The notes: generated by a model from the letters alone, not told the origin. A stretch of 64,000 bases of DNA from Glaucostegus cemiculus (GCA_976551045.1 CDPCPM010000049.1:3534001-3598000), one strand, 5' to 3'. Counted from the stretch's first letter, positions 12,985 to 25,200 are shown. Program-made: numbers and translations.

Positions 12985-13125
12985 TTTACAGCAAGGTAAC
13001 AGGCCCTTTCGGCCTGAGTCAGCACCACCCGTTTAGACCCATGCTAACCTCCCTGTACATCTTTGGAATGTGGGAGGAATCCGCAGCACCCAGAGGAAAC
13101 CCATGCAGACATGGAGACAACGTAC
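12985..13125 (-). mobile_element. HE1/V-SINE-like fragment
   Basis: ctttggaatgtgggaggaatccgcagcacccagaggaaacccatgcagacatggagacaacg is the reverse V-domain core. Confidence 0.8.
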
Positions 13126-13789
13126 CCCATGTTGTTGTGTGTCAGTTGTTGTTGGCAGAATTACACAATACCAACAAATTTCTTTGCAACACCTCATTGA
13201 AACAGCATTCACAGCACTTGAGGCCTGCCTTTGTCTCAGTTGGAGGCAAGTGCTGGGAACTTGCCCAAGGCATGTGATGCCTCCCCAGCTCCCAGCTCGT
13301 GTACTTGACTTCAAGCTTGTGACCCTTCTCTAACAACCCCGTGCATTCTGATCTGCCCAAATCTGCTTTGATGGCTTCCCTTTGAGTCCACACGCAGGCC
13401 TCTCTCCTCCATGAGTCCCCAGTTTTCTTGCAGAAAAAAGGCCTTGCTTAGTGTAAGGAGTATTCAGCAGTGCACAATGCAGGCTTTATATGCCATTGAG
13501 CTTTCTATCTGTGAGCCTCAGATAGCACATCCATTGGTCTGCAATGGACCGATGGTTCTGCATGGCTGAGCAGACACCAGTCAGCGGTCTTCTATATTTG
13601 TTGTAGGTTTGCTGCTCTGTAATTCTGATGCCTTGAGATACTTTTCACCTCTTCCTTCTGGCTAAAGATTCTTGGATTAATATATTTCCAGTGCCCTTCT
13701 TGTGGAGCTCAATCAGGCTTCAGATTACTTTAAACTATTTTCCATGTTATCTCTGTAGCAAAGTGCAGTAAAAATGAAGGTGAGGGGAG

Positions 13790-14420
13790 GAATCCCAAAG
13801 ATAAACTTGGGAAATATAATCATTTAATGCATGGTGTTGGAAGTCAGCACTGCAACCTCGGATTAATCCCTCTGACAGAATGCAGGGTTATTAGTCAGAT
13901 AACTGCAAATGCACAGAGTTGTATAATCTATAATTTATTCCATGTGATCTATTGTTTAATTAAAGTAAATTGCATAAATTAAAAGAAATGGATCATTGTG
14001 GTAACCAATCATATGCTCTGAGTCACAGATCCAAGAATTCTCACTCTGAGAGTAATCATGATGACCCTTTTAAAGATTTAATGATAAAATGTTTCAATTA
14101 TCATTATCATAAAAATGAACATGACCTTTCCTAATTATCATCATTATACAACAAAGAAGAGGACACGCTTTCTGCAAAATCTTTTATGACCTAAAATTCA
14201 ATTAGGATATCAAAAGAATCACGTTCATGGTTGCTGCAGCAACGACTGCACAATTACAGCCATGGCTACTTTGCAATTCTCATTTCTTCTTAAATTAAAG
14301 GCCAGGTTTTAATAAATCATCAATCCAAGTTAGTTTAGAAAAGGATATCCTGCCAACATAATTCTTCGCTTGTCAGACAGTAGTTAATTGTGTAGCATTA
14401 TCTTTTTATGAGTTAGGCTG
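13790..14420. promoter_or_regulatory. Candidate conserved non-coding/enhancer block
   Basis: TE-free and AT-rich, with ggattaatcc, attgtttaattaaag, ttgcataaattaa and taaatcatcaatc (homeodomain, Sox, POU and Pbx-Hox-like words). Confidence 0.35.
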
Positions 14421-14444
14421 GCGATTGTGGTTAAGCATTCTTTG

Positions 14445-14820
14445 TGATCAAAGATGATTTGCTTCCACTTGGGGTCTGAGATAACTGAGGCCAGTGAGGG
14501 ATCTACATATTTTACCACACGTGGGGTCAGAGGCAGGGCAGGTAGGTGGGTGGTTTGTGAGATATCGCCCTCCTTTTATCACTTGTGTGGGGCTTCTGTG
14601 TGCTCCCAACGCATGGACTGGTGGTCCTCGATACCATCCCAACTGCTCTTTCTCCACTTTGAGCCGTTGTGGGCCAGGAAGTCCCAGGAGATGGTGGGAA
14701 TGTTGCTCTTTCTCAAGGAGATTTTTAAGTACCTCTTTGAATAATTCCTTCTGTCCACCTGGTAATTTCTTCCAGGGTCAGAATTTGGAATCTGTTTCAG
14801 AATGATGAGCATGTGAACAA
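14445..14820 (-). mobile_element. RTE-clade LINE 3' end
   Basis: Minus frames give YLKISLRKSNIPTISWDFLAHNGSKWRK and PTCGKICRSLTGLSYLR, typical of the RTE ORF C-terminus. Same family as 18812-19470. Confidence 0.8.
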
Positions 14821-15881
14821 CCCCAATGGCATCAACTACGAGCTGCAGATGTCGGCTGGGGAAAGGTTGTTAGTCCACTTATTTTGTGAAAGGGTTGGAA
14901 GTCTTTGTGATGTCAGTTTTGGTGGTATCATTTCAGTGCCTTGAGGTGGCTGCTGAACCAGAAGGACTCAAGGCCAATTTCAGTCACTATTGGAACTAGA
15001 AAGCATGCATTCAGGATTTGCAATGAGAATAGTTATTATATTAACAAATATAATATAAATGTTTAGGGGAGAAATATTCAGTTTACACAACACAAGTTCA
15101 TGGGACAACTCCTTTGTTTAAAATAAAGATTAGATCTGGTAAAGTAATGGTTTGCAAAACCACGTAAATAAAACACAGTTCACAAACAGGGCCATGTACA
15201 TAATACTTTCCATATCCAAGAAAGCACAAGCAACCCATGCATGTTCGACTAACTGAAAATCAGATTTTGAGTGATGTCTGCAATAATATTTAAAAAGTAA
15301 TAAAATCAAAAAGAAAACAGTAGATTCTGTATTATTAGAAAGTAAAATGTTGCTTGTTGTAAATTCAGCCACTTTGCCTTAAATACCTCACATATATGAC
15401 TGCAACCCTTGTTAAACTAACCCACTTATTATAAGCACTCATCAGGTTTAATCATGGATTTCACATTTTCTACCACTGGATTTCCATGGGGATGTTCACA
15501 ATATTCCCGATGTCTCAATTCTCTAACAGCAGGAGCATTTTATCATGTAAAGCACAACAAGGGATGGTAGGGATCATTGAAGCCTGGTGGACCATGAGTT
15601 TTGTGCTGGATTTGAGGTCTTGATCTTCAAATTCCCTTTTCTTCAGGTAGCCAATCTCACCATCAGTGTCTGTCTTCACTGAGATATGAGAAGTGGTCTG
15701 TCTACACTTTACACATTCTCATCGTGGACCTTTATTGTCAGAGGCAGCTTGTGAAATAAGAAAACAGTGGGAGGAGATTGCTAGAGGACCATTGTTTTGC
15801 AGATGTTGAGCATAAGGCCCATCCTCTTGTATGCTTTAAAAAATGAACAAACTTGACAATGAATGGGTACTTTGGTATCTG

Positions 15882-16987
15882 AATGTGTGCATGAACAATG
15901 CCACCTGTGGACTGCAGCTCAATACTGAGGTAGAGATTATCTTGGTTTTGGAGAGGAGACAACATGGGTTGACCAATTTCCCAAAGGTTACAATGCTGGA
16001 CTAACAACCCAAACATTACTTCAATTCCCACCGTAGCAACTATGAAAGTACCACGAGATTGATTTTAACTAAATTTTTCAGCTAGCACTGCATTGATTAT
16101 GAAAGCCACTGGATGTTTAAAAGAAACTGATTCACTAACCTGCTTTCTGGTCTGTCTGACATGCGACTCCGTTTCCACTCTTGTGACTGACTCAGTGAAT
16201 TTAGGTGGTTGTCAGATCTTGAGTATGATTTACTAACAAGCTCAGCATCAAAATATCCAGATTATGTGCTCAAATTTCTGTATTAGGTCTCTAAACTTCG
16301 GTATCCAGAGGTGAGAGACAGTCCAGATCCAAATTTGTTAAATTGCTGAATAAAACAAATGCATAAATTTATTGGCTAATACTGAGAAAGATGTATTGCA
16401 TTGGGGTATGATGATGAATTGCTAAACCGGCGCCCAGCATACTCAGCTGTTTACTGAAGATCTCAGAGCTCCACTTGAAGAGGAGAGGTTCTTTGCCCAA
16501 TATTCTTCCTTGCACCAACAGCACCAGAAACAAGGTAATTCATCATCCACTTCATTATCATTTGTGAGTTCTTATGGTGAGTGAAATGGTTGCCACTTCT
16601 GACAATGTAGCAATGGTCACCAGCTTACAAAATAGTTGATATTAGGCGTTTTGCTTTTGCCTGGTGGATAATTATGATAATTGGATAAACATCTGGAATT
16701 TTTGATGCTGAGCTTTTTAGTAAATCATACTCAGGGTCTGACAAACATCTAAATTTGCCGAGTCAGTCACGGGTGGAAATGGAGTCACATGTCAGACAGA
16801 CCAGGATCAGTTTCTTTAAATATCCAGTGGCTTTCATAATCAATGCAGTGCTAGCTGACAAATTCAGTTAAAATCAATCTTGTGGTACTTTCATAGTTGC
16901 TATGGTGGGAATTGAACTGATGTTTGGGTTGTTAGTCCAGTGTGGAGCTGCAGTCCACAGGTGGCATTGTGTGTGTATGCACACATT
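15882..16987. repeat. Long inverted repeat: arms ~15882-16262 and ~16691-16987, spacer ~430 bp
   Basis: Direct reverse-complement alignment. For example 16079-16112 cagctagcactgcattgattatgaaagccactgg pairs with ccagtggctttcataatcaatgcagtgctagctg. The left arm has two insertions relative to the right (15928-15995 and ~16132-16145). Confidence 0.95.
16470..16655 (+). mobile_element. Deu-domain SINE body fragment
   Basis: cacttgaagaggagaggttctttgcccaatattcttcct...tttgtgagttcttatggtgagtgaaatggttgcc. Confidence 0.6.
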
Positions 16988-17400
16988 GAGCACACATAGG
17001 CCAGTACAGTACTGAGAGAATGCTCCCACAGTGCTGCATTTCAGATAAGGAGTTCACCCAAAATGAAAATTAAAAGAAAAACCTGCAGATAGCAGAAATC
17101 TGAAATTAAAACAGAAACTGCAGAGCAGTTTCAGGTAGGATCCCTGGAAAGAGAATCAGAGTTAATGTTTCAAATTGAAGACCCACTATCAGAACTGAAA
17201 TTAAACCAAGCTGTTATCTGCCCTCTCAGGGGTGTTTTCAATCTCTCCCTCAACCAAAATCTCTGCACAGATTGGCTGTTGATTGTTTGTGAGAGCTTGC
17301 TGTGTGCAAACTTGCTGCTGCATTTTCTCCAGTATAATTGCCCACTTGGTTGCATTGTGTTTTGTGATGTCCTCAGCTGGTGAAATGCATCGAATAAATC
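16985..17400 (+). mobile_element. Deu-domain SINE split by a Penelope pLTR fragment (~17065-17199, minus strand)
   Basis: Head ttgagcac...cagtactgagagaatgct, then the pLTR ctgcagatagcagaaatctgaaattaaaacag...gaagacccactatcagaactg, then resumption at ttaaaccaag...tgtttgtgagagcttgctgtgtgcaaacttgctgc. Confidence 0.75.
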
Positions 17401-18424
17401 TTCCTTTTTGGTTGGATGTAATGGGTTAATATACAATAAAGGACAAGTAGATTTTTACATTGGCATATCAAGGCCTATTCCACACTCTTGAGGATCCAGC
17501 AGAGAGGTGCTTATGGAAAACTGCAGTTGTGCAGTCTGTGATTTTTTTTTCTCCTTCCATTAAGTCAATTTTGATTCTATCTTTTATTCAGCCTAGTATT
17601 TTAGTGGGTAATTTCTGTCAATGCAGGGAATGAGTGGTGTTGGAATGTGCACTGAGATACTATTCTTTTATCTTTAGAAATAAAATGTGTGAATTAGAAA
17701 TGCTACTTTAAAAATATCCATTAATTATTTACTTGAAACTGAATTGCATCCATTCTCAGTTGGAGTCATTTAATAAAAATGCTGGCGACATATAGTAACT
17801 GGCTATTTTTATTGATAATAGTGTTTCTTTCTTTGCCCTATATGTGGAAAACATTTTTTTTTATAACAGATCTAATAAAAAATAAAGGAGCTATATTGGC
17901 CACAGCATTTACATTCTCCCTGGTTTACATGACTGCCACAAGTCTGTTGTCTATTGTTACAGAACCAATAAAAATAAACTGGCTATGTTCAGCTTTGAAA
18001 ATTGTTCAGAGGAAAATGAGCAAGATTGGGAGTGTGTTTTTCAAACCCATGATTAAGTTTATTTTCCATTGAGGTTAAAGAGAAAATAATCTAATTTGAT
18101 TTACAGCAAAATGTAAATTCAAATGTGTGCAATCAAGTGCAGTTAGTATTCAATGGAAGATAGTATTCACTGGAAGAGGAAACATGTTGCAGGATTATGG
18201 AGAAACAGTCGGGGCAGTGGGACTAACTGGTAGCACTTGAAATGAGCTGGTATACAGCACAAGTGTTCTCTGTAGTAATTCAGTGGTGGCCCTCTGGACT
18301 GCAAGTCAGATTGTTACTGGTTCAAGTATGACAGAAACGCATCATGTATGCTAATTTCCTAAAGCAGAACTGAGGAAGTACTGAACTATCAAAGGTGATA
18401 CTTTGTAATTTAATTTATTTCTTT

Positions 18425-18715
18425 ACTACGTTGGAGGAGGCCATTTTCCCCACAGAATCCATGCTGGTTCTCAGTTATCCCATCAATCCCACTTATTTCT
18501 TTGTAATCTATTCTCTTCCACATGCCCATTAACACCACCCCCTCCCCTATTCTCTCACCACCCAGCTGCACTTGGAGCAGACAAATAATCTACCGATATG
18601 TCCTATGGGAGGAAACCAGAGCACCGAGGGGAAATCGACACAACAACCAGAGGTCGGAAGCCAACATGGGTCACTGGAGCTGTGAGAAAGCTACATTGCC
18701 TGCAGCACCAGTCTG
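18425..18715 (-). mobile_element. HE1/V-SINE-like SINE inserted in a Deu-SINE (18285-18800)
   Basis: tgggaggaaaccagagcaccgagggg...gggtcactggagctgtgagaaagc. The flanks carry Deu-SINE head and body remnants. Confidence 0.65.
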
Positions 18716-18811
18716 TCATTTGTAGATGAGCATCAGATTGACCCTCTACTAAACATCGTCAATCATATTTCAAAGACAATTGGGGAAATAATATCATTCT
18801 CTTCCTTCTAA

Positions 18812-19470
18812 GGCAGTCCTTTGGGATAGAGGATAACTTGCCTTCATTTCGTTCTTCTGGTTTCTGAGGTGGTTGTTGAGGCCAATGCAGGAATCTGACT
18901 CTTCCAGACGGGTAGGTTATTTGGGATGTGGTGCACTGTTTACATTGTGTTTCTGTATTCTTCAGATTCTCAATGCCATCTCAAATGCTCCTTTTCTGTC
19001 AGTTATGGGCTAGGGATTCCCAGGGGCTGGTGGAGATATTGCATTTAAAGAGGCTTTGAGTCTTTTCCTCAGTCCACCTGGTAATCTCGTCCTGTAATGG
19101 AGTTCAGAGTAGTGTGCCTGTTTCAAGGGTCTCATATTGGCATGTGAGCAATATCATCTTTGGAGTCAACTGAATGTCTGGCCTTAATAATGAGGATGTT
19201 AGCCTGGGAGAATTTACTGATGCTGGTTCCCCTATCCTGCTAGTGTATATGGAAGACCACCATCTTTCCAGTGATTTGAGGTGGTTGGTATAAATAGTTC
19301 GTGTTTCAGATGTGTACAGGAGGGAAGGATTCACTGCTGTCCAGAGGACCATGAACTTTTTTCTAGTTTGAGGTCCGATTTTCAGCAATCTTTTCCTTAA
19401 AAAGCCAAAAGCTGTGCTAATGCACTGAGGCTGTGGTAAATTTCATCACTGATGTGTGCCTTTTTGAGAA
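18812..19470 (-). mobile_element. RTE-clade LINE 3' fragment
   Basis: ORF 19104-19388 KFMVLWTAVNPSLLYTSETRTIYTNHLKSLER matches the RTE pattern TKL.VY.A.V.P.LLY.SETWT.Y..H.K.LER. Its 3' part is shared with 14445-14820. Confidence 0.82.
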
Positions 19471-19734
19471 ATGGCTCCCAAAATATGAGATAAGAAAGAA
19501 TGGAAAAATATCATCTCTGTAAATGTTTACTCCAGTTTCTTTGTCATACAACTTTAAATACCATCCCCTGAACCATTGAAAACATGCATTGTTTGGCTGT
19601 GTCATCGAAAGACAGGCTTCAGAATAATCTCTTGAATGTTTTCACAGCATTGTCAAATATGACAGTGCAGAACGATGCCAATTGTCTCCTGGTGCCTATG
19701 CTGTGTCTTTGAATGGCCTGTTGCATTGAGAAGG

Positions 19735-19970
19735 ATGTGCATTTGTATAGCACCTTTCATGGTCTCAGATATTCTCAAAGAGTTCAAATTTGAAATGCTG
19801 TCATTGTCTTGCTGTAGGAAATGTGACAACCAATTTGCAACAGCAAGTTCACAAAGACATAAAACAGATCACCTCTTTGTTACATTTAATGGTTCTGAAT
19901 GAGGGGTGAAAATAGACAAGAATTTTGGGAACAACTCCCCTGTCTTGACAATAGAATTTTGCAGTGGCAC
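19735..19970 (-). mobile_element. Deu-domain SINE
   Basis: tgcatttgtatagcacctttcat...tgtaggaaatgtgacaaccaatttgcaacagcaagttcacaaa is the reverse complement of the Deu core and tail. Confidence 0.75.
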
Positions 19971-20539
19971 ATACAGTACATTGTCCCAATGCTCATCTCA
20001 TTTTCAATGCACCAATCCCAACTCTCAAGAATCCCTAGGACAATGGAATACAAATAATGTAAACATTCAAAAAATGCATTATATTTCAGTGTCTGTCTCA
20101 ACCTGATAAGTATGTTCAAATCTTTAATTTGTGCTCTATAAAATACTAAGTTTCAAGTTGTGCTTTATCTACCTTGGTTAGATGCCTGCGAATTGATTGG
20201 TTGATTCTGACACTGAAAATGAGAACTTCACTCCACCTCTATGGCTAGACATTAGTGAGCAGCTTTCTGTCATTCTCCTCTTCAAATACCTACTGAATTG
20301 CCAAGTTTTGCATCATAGATTATTTTGTAAAAAGTTAACTTTGTGTAATTTTTCACAAACATCACCAGGACAAAACTTTTCAAAACCATAGCAAGAAGGT
20401 TTTGTAAATAAAAAATTGTGTGGCTGAATAGATTTTGTTGGATTTTTCAATCTCTTTGCATGATGGTAATCAAGGGAGTTTTGCCTCAAAGTCTTGGCTT
20501 TATAATTCATGCAGATTCCTTTGTTCTGACATCCTTGCC

Positions 20540-20910
20540 CCAGAACCAGGTGATCATTGTCCATAACTGTGAAGGATGATTACCAATTCCTCACAGACAA
20601 CTGACCTACCCGACGTTACATGATGCAGTATTGTCATGAGACTGATGGAACTACATAAGCCAGTTCCATTGATTTCCCTTCAAGTGCTCTGAGTTATTAA
20701 GTGAAATTTTTGTGGATATTCCAGGATTCCCTTGGAGACTCTGACTGATGTGTCGATTGTAACAAATCACATCGTGGCAAACCAAGGCTGTTCTACAAAG
20801 GATTCTTTAAAGCATGCAGAGTTCTTTTGAGAACTTGATGCATTCACCAGATTGGGCACAGATATCTTCATTTAATGGCAGCGATTCTAATTTTGCAGAT
20901 GGCAAATCAT
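20540..20910 (+). pseudogene. Possible fossil Gypsy LTR-retrotransposon integrase fragment
   Basis: ttcaccagattgggcacagatatcttcatttaatggcagcgattctaattttgcagat reads, with frameshifts, FTRLGTDIF-FNGSD-LILQ/FAD. This resembles the integrase start PW..LGTDLF.F.G..YL...DY. Confidence 0.35.
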
Positions 20911-21029
20911 AATAACCCCAGTATCCTACAGTCACTCCTACAGTATGCAGCAGGATCTTCTGATGTTTATCGACTGATCTTGAACTTTTCTAAAGCTGTT
21001 TTGATGAACGCCCATGACTCCAACTACCT

Positions 21030-21265
21030 CACAGGGAAAAAGGCAGAAGGGACTGCCATTGAGTCTAGCTCCCTCTCCAACTATCTTTGCTATCCTGACC
21101 TGGAAATATATTGCTGTTCTGAAATTGTCACTGGGGCATGTTCCTGAAATTTTCTGCTTGAGCATGGTAATTATCTTTCCTCAATTATTCAAGAATTCAG
21201 GTAGCAGCCACCTTCAGGGGCAATAAATACCAGCTTTGATAGTGACACCCAAGTCCAGGGAAGGA
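21030..21265 (+). mobile_element. L2-like LINE 3' end
   Basis: atcctgacctggaaatatattgctgtt...cactgggg...ggggcaataaataccagctttgatagtgacacccaagtcc resembles a chondrichthyan L2-type 3' end (from memory, not searched). Confidence 0.55.
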
Positions 21266-22484
21266 TTTTAACAATGGTATTCCGGAAAGCACAGAATCTT
21301 GCTCAGTAGGTGTTCGTGTGTTACTTCTGTTGAGCACCAGATTTTTAAGAATTTACTTCAGTTGACGTACACTATCAAAGTTATTACTCTTTTTACATTG
21401 GCATTATTAATTAAATATAGCTACCAGCAATTTCATAAAATAAATTTGTTTCCAGATATCACATAAATCAAGGTTCTGAATGTAGTATCAGGGCAGACAA
21501 GTCAAAGTATTTCAAGCATCATCCAACAATTCTTCTGTTCTTAATGTAAGCTGTTGTTGTGATCCTGGACAAACAGGAAAGCTCTTTGCTTGCCTCTGAT
21601 AGTTCACAAAATAAGGGGAGGTTTCTGGAAATTGTATCTTCAGCTGATGCGCAATCGCTGGGTTCTTCCTTTACACCCTGACCTCAAAGCTATTATACTC
21701 TTACTCGTTATCAGTTGTTCATTTTCGACATGGTGTAATGTGAATCTGTCTTAAGGTAAAGCTAAGCATTTGAGGCAGGGTTAGGAATGACAGATGGCGC
21801 AGCCAGGCTAAAGTGATTCCTGATTTCTCAGGAACATTAAAAATAAAATTAGCTGCAGGCAAGCAACCAAGAAAGAATTGTACCTACCTATTGAATGTGA
21901 TCATTCTGTTGCTCATTGACAGAAATTGTCTCTTTAGAATTGCTTGGTGGATGGCATTGGCATTTTGCACCTTAAATTATAGCAATGATTAATGTGATGT
22001 CCTAAATCACAAGTTGTTTATTTAAATTATATTTCTTAACTGGAAATCCAGTCAATGCACATGATATTTTACCATAGGCCTTGTGTTAACTAATCTAACA
22101 GGAAATGTGGGGGGTATTTCAAAGAAGCTGGGAATTAACAGGATTGCTATGGAGGATGAATCAAGTTGGGTTTAATGGTGGGAATTATAATTTCTGTGTC
22201 AGGATAGCATGGTACTTTCTGCTGAAATTCACAGACCTTCGATCTTGCAAGGCTGTTGTGAATTGCCAGCTGGGAAAACCTGTTTTATCAGTGGCGAGTT
22301 CCAACATTTAAATGTTGCTTACTGCTGCCTTTCAGAAATGTAACTAAGGCCTTCCCTCTGCTGAGGGAGGGGTGCCAGCTCCCTTTCCCTCACTCCCAAA
22401 AGGCGCTACATTAGTTCTTCCTTCAAATACGGACTGAGAAGATTCATAAATCCCTAACAACCTGAGCTACAACCCAGATCCTAT

Positions 22485-22990
22485 CACTTTCCCTCCACCC
22501 CCGCCCCACCATTCCACCCCAGCAACACTCGTCCCTATCCAACTCATCATCTTTTTTTCCTGCATCCAACAGCCAGCCAGATCTTTCCCATTTCCCCTTC
22601 ACTCATCCCCACCCATCTGGTCCCTCCTCCAACCAGCTCTGTCCATGTCATTCCCCAGAGGCATTCATTTAATTCCCCCACCCAACACCAAGCCCCAATC
22701 ATCCCATCTCCCCCCACCCCCCCTACACCCAAGACCACCCATCCCAGACCCTTCCACAGTATCCAGCCACACCTATCCCATTCCCCCACACAATAGCCTT
22801 TCAACCCAATTCCCCACCCAATTGCCAATCCCGCCCATCAGTTTCCCTATCCAACACCCAGCTCCATGCATCCGATTCTCCAGTTCGAAACCGACCCTAT
22901 TTTCCCCTCCACCAACCATCGCCCATCCTATCCCTGCACACCCCAAAGCATCCTAACACCCACCCTGATCCCCCACCATGCACCACCATC
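22485..22990. repeat. C-rich low-complexity tract
   Basis: About 500 bp of repeated ccc/cccc runs separated by a/t. This explains the Pro-rich and Gly/Trp-rich spurious ORFs here. Confidence 0.85.
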
Positions 22991-23514
22991 ACTCAGTGGA
23001 AGCCGCGCTCCTTGCTGCAGCTAATGCATTCTCTTTCCTGTCACTTCACAGGCCACCTGGCTGGGACTGAGGGAATAGGGGCATAAGAATTCCCCTTCCA
23101 TTTGTTGAGCCTCATCAGGTGCAGGATAGAGGTTACACAACATTAAAGGACCACAAAAACAGTTGGAGAGGGCTGGGATGTGGTGCGTCTAGGTCCCTGC
23201 CTTATTTTCTTTCCTTCTGCAGAAGCACACCAAAAGGTTGATGATTTGTGGCTCTGTTATAATTCATCCTAATTAAGTTGCTGGCATTACACACTCATTC
23301 TGTATTGCATTTGAGACAGCATATGGCTACCAAAGGAAACAAAAGGTTCAATTCATTACAAACTAATTACAGCTCGAGGAAATAATCACAATGTCTTCAT
23401 GCAGTTAGAGTTCAGGTTGTAATAAATGAAATTTGGCAATGTTATCATGGAGAACAGGCATATGGTTGATGCATCTGCAAGAGCTCATGGTTGATCCTTG
23501 ATCAATATAATTAC

Positions 23515-23900
23515 TAGAATTTGTAGGACGGAAATGCACCATTTCGCTTAACTGGTTCAGGCTCAAATGTGCGGTAAACTCTCAGCCTCATAAACCTAAT
23601 CCCACTTCATCTCAACCTTTACTTTTTTTTTCCTTCTCCCTTGTACACTTGTCTTGCTTTCCCTTAAACATAGCTATCAATGCACCTCAAACACAGCCAC
23701 ATTCTGACAACTCTTTGGATGAGGGAGTTTCCCCTGAATTCATTACTGGATCTTTCTTTAGCAGCTATTTCGTACTTGCAGCCTATAGTTTTGGTCTCCC
23801 TGGTGAGGAAATGTCTGCACTACAAAATTCTTCAATTGTGTAACGACTTATACTTCCCTTTCCTTTAGAAAAATGCCCTGGCCCATTCAATTTTTCTCAA
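23515..23900 (-). mobile_element. CR1 3' fragment, degraded
   Basis: ccacattctgacaactctttggatgagggagtttcccctgaatt is the reverse of FTQRVVRMWN-type sequence. Confidence 0.6.
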
Positions 23901-24559
23901 GTTTTTCCAATTTCTTACCTGTGTTATCTTCCTTGCAAGCCTTTGATTTAGCTTCACCAGCTCCTCTATCTTTCTCTTGCAATAATAAAAAGACCAGAGT
24001 TGTGCGTTGTATTGATTTTGGTATGTGTATTGGTTGTGCACAGGTAGTGTACAGGCATTGCCTTTTAACTATGATGTAACATCTGGACCAACCACAGTGG
24101 TTATCATATTGCTACCATTAAATGGTGCTTGCTCTGATCACTTGGTGGGTGCAGAACTGGAAATCCAATATGAGTATAGTGATGCAAAATATTTTAATTT
24201 GCATAATATATACACAGTCACTTGCAATTAGGAACTAAATAAGCAAATAGCTTCCCTGTTTATATTGCTTTTTGTTCAAACCTCTAAGTTTCCTGTTTAT
24301 TTTCCCGGTGCTCATTAACAAAATTGCTGTCAAGGAAATGGCTGAAGATGTAATGATGGAGCTGCTACTGGAGTTCTAAATCCAATTTTCTTGTAATCTT
24401 ACTGGAAAAATATTTGGAGCCAGTGGTTTCATAGTTCTAGATCAAGCAGTTTATGGGGGAAGGAATCTCTTCAATTGATCTTTTGTTTCTTTTACCTCTC
24501 TAATTTTTTGCTTATTTATCCTATCAAAAGCCTCTTCTATTTTTCTCTCACAAACACCT

Positions 24560-24670
24560 GAATATTTTCCAGTTCTGACAACGGGCCTTCAACCTGAAAC
24601 ACCCATTTTGTTTATCTTCCCCACATGCTGCTTGACCTTCGCAGCATTTTCAGTTTCCATTTTGGGTCTG
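24560..24670 (+). mobile_element. Penelope pLTR fragment
   Basis: agttctgacaacgggccttcaacctgaaac...ccacatgctgcttgacc...cagcattttc. Confidence 0.6.
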
Positions 24671-24799
24671 GAAGTAACTATAGTGTCTGTGGGTTTCTTC
24701 TATGTTGCTGCAAGCATAAACAGGTAGTCAGAGGTGGAGCTATGAATGGAACACTATTTACTTAAAGCAGCAAATCTCAACTGAACTGCAGTGTTCAGA

Positions 24800-25200
24800 T
24801 ACAACATTGTATCAATAGTTATGCCATGTGATTATAAATCAGTTCTTAAAGGTGTCCTACTCATGTATAATTGAGTAACAAGAGCACAGTGAGCTGAGGT
24901 GACCCAGACTGGGGCAATGTTACAGAGCTTGAAATGATGATTCAATTGATGACATGGATCAGTGGTCTAAAGCACATATCAGGACTGAGTGTGAGATCAA
25001 AACTGCAAATACAGTGGTACCGTTTCAGATGGTCACTAGGGTGAAGGTTGGAGTTGGTGGCAGAGACTGTGATGGGGATTAAAGATGACAGCTTAGTTCT
25101 TCCATTATTATTAAGAGAAATTTCTGGTTATCCATTACTGGATCTCAGATAATTTAGAGATGATGAAATGGTTGTGAATTAGAGTTTGGCTTTATTACAG
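24800..25200 (-). mobile_element. L2-clade fragment, degraded
   Basis: Similar to 46500-46870 (ggggattaaagatgacagcttagttcttccatta...aaatttctggttatccattactggat), the reverse of W...N.L.LN..KT. Confidence 0.5.

Noticed and set aside
16948-16970. CTCF-like motif (ccacaggtggca), mirrored in the other arm and similar at ~820-835
   Set aside because: Only the 3' half of the CTCF core matches, which is too weak to call without ChIP data.
22547-22956. Pro-rich and Gly/Trp-rich ORFs
   Set aside because: Translation artefacts of the C-rich low-complexity tract.
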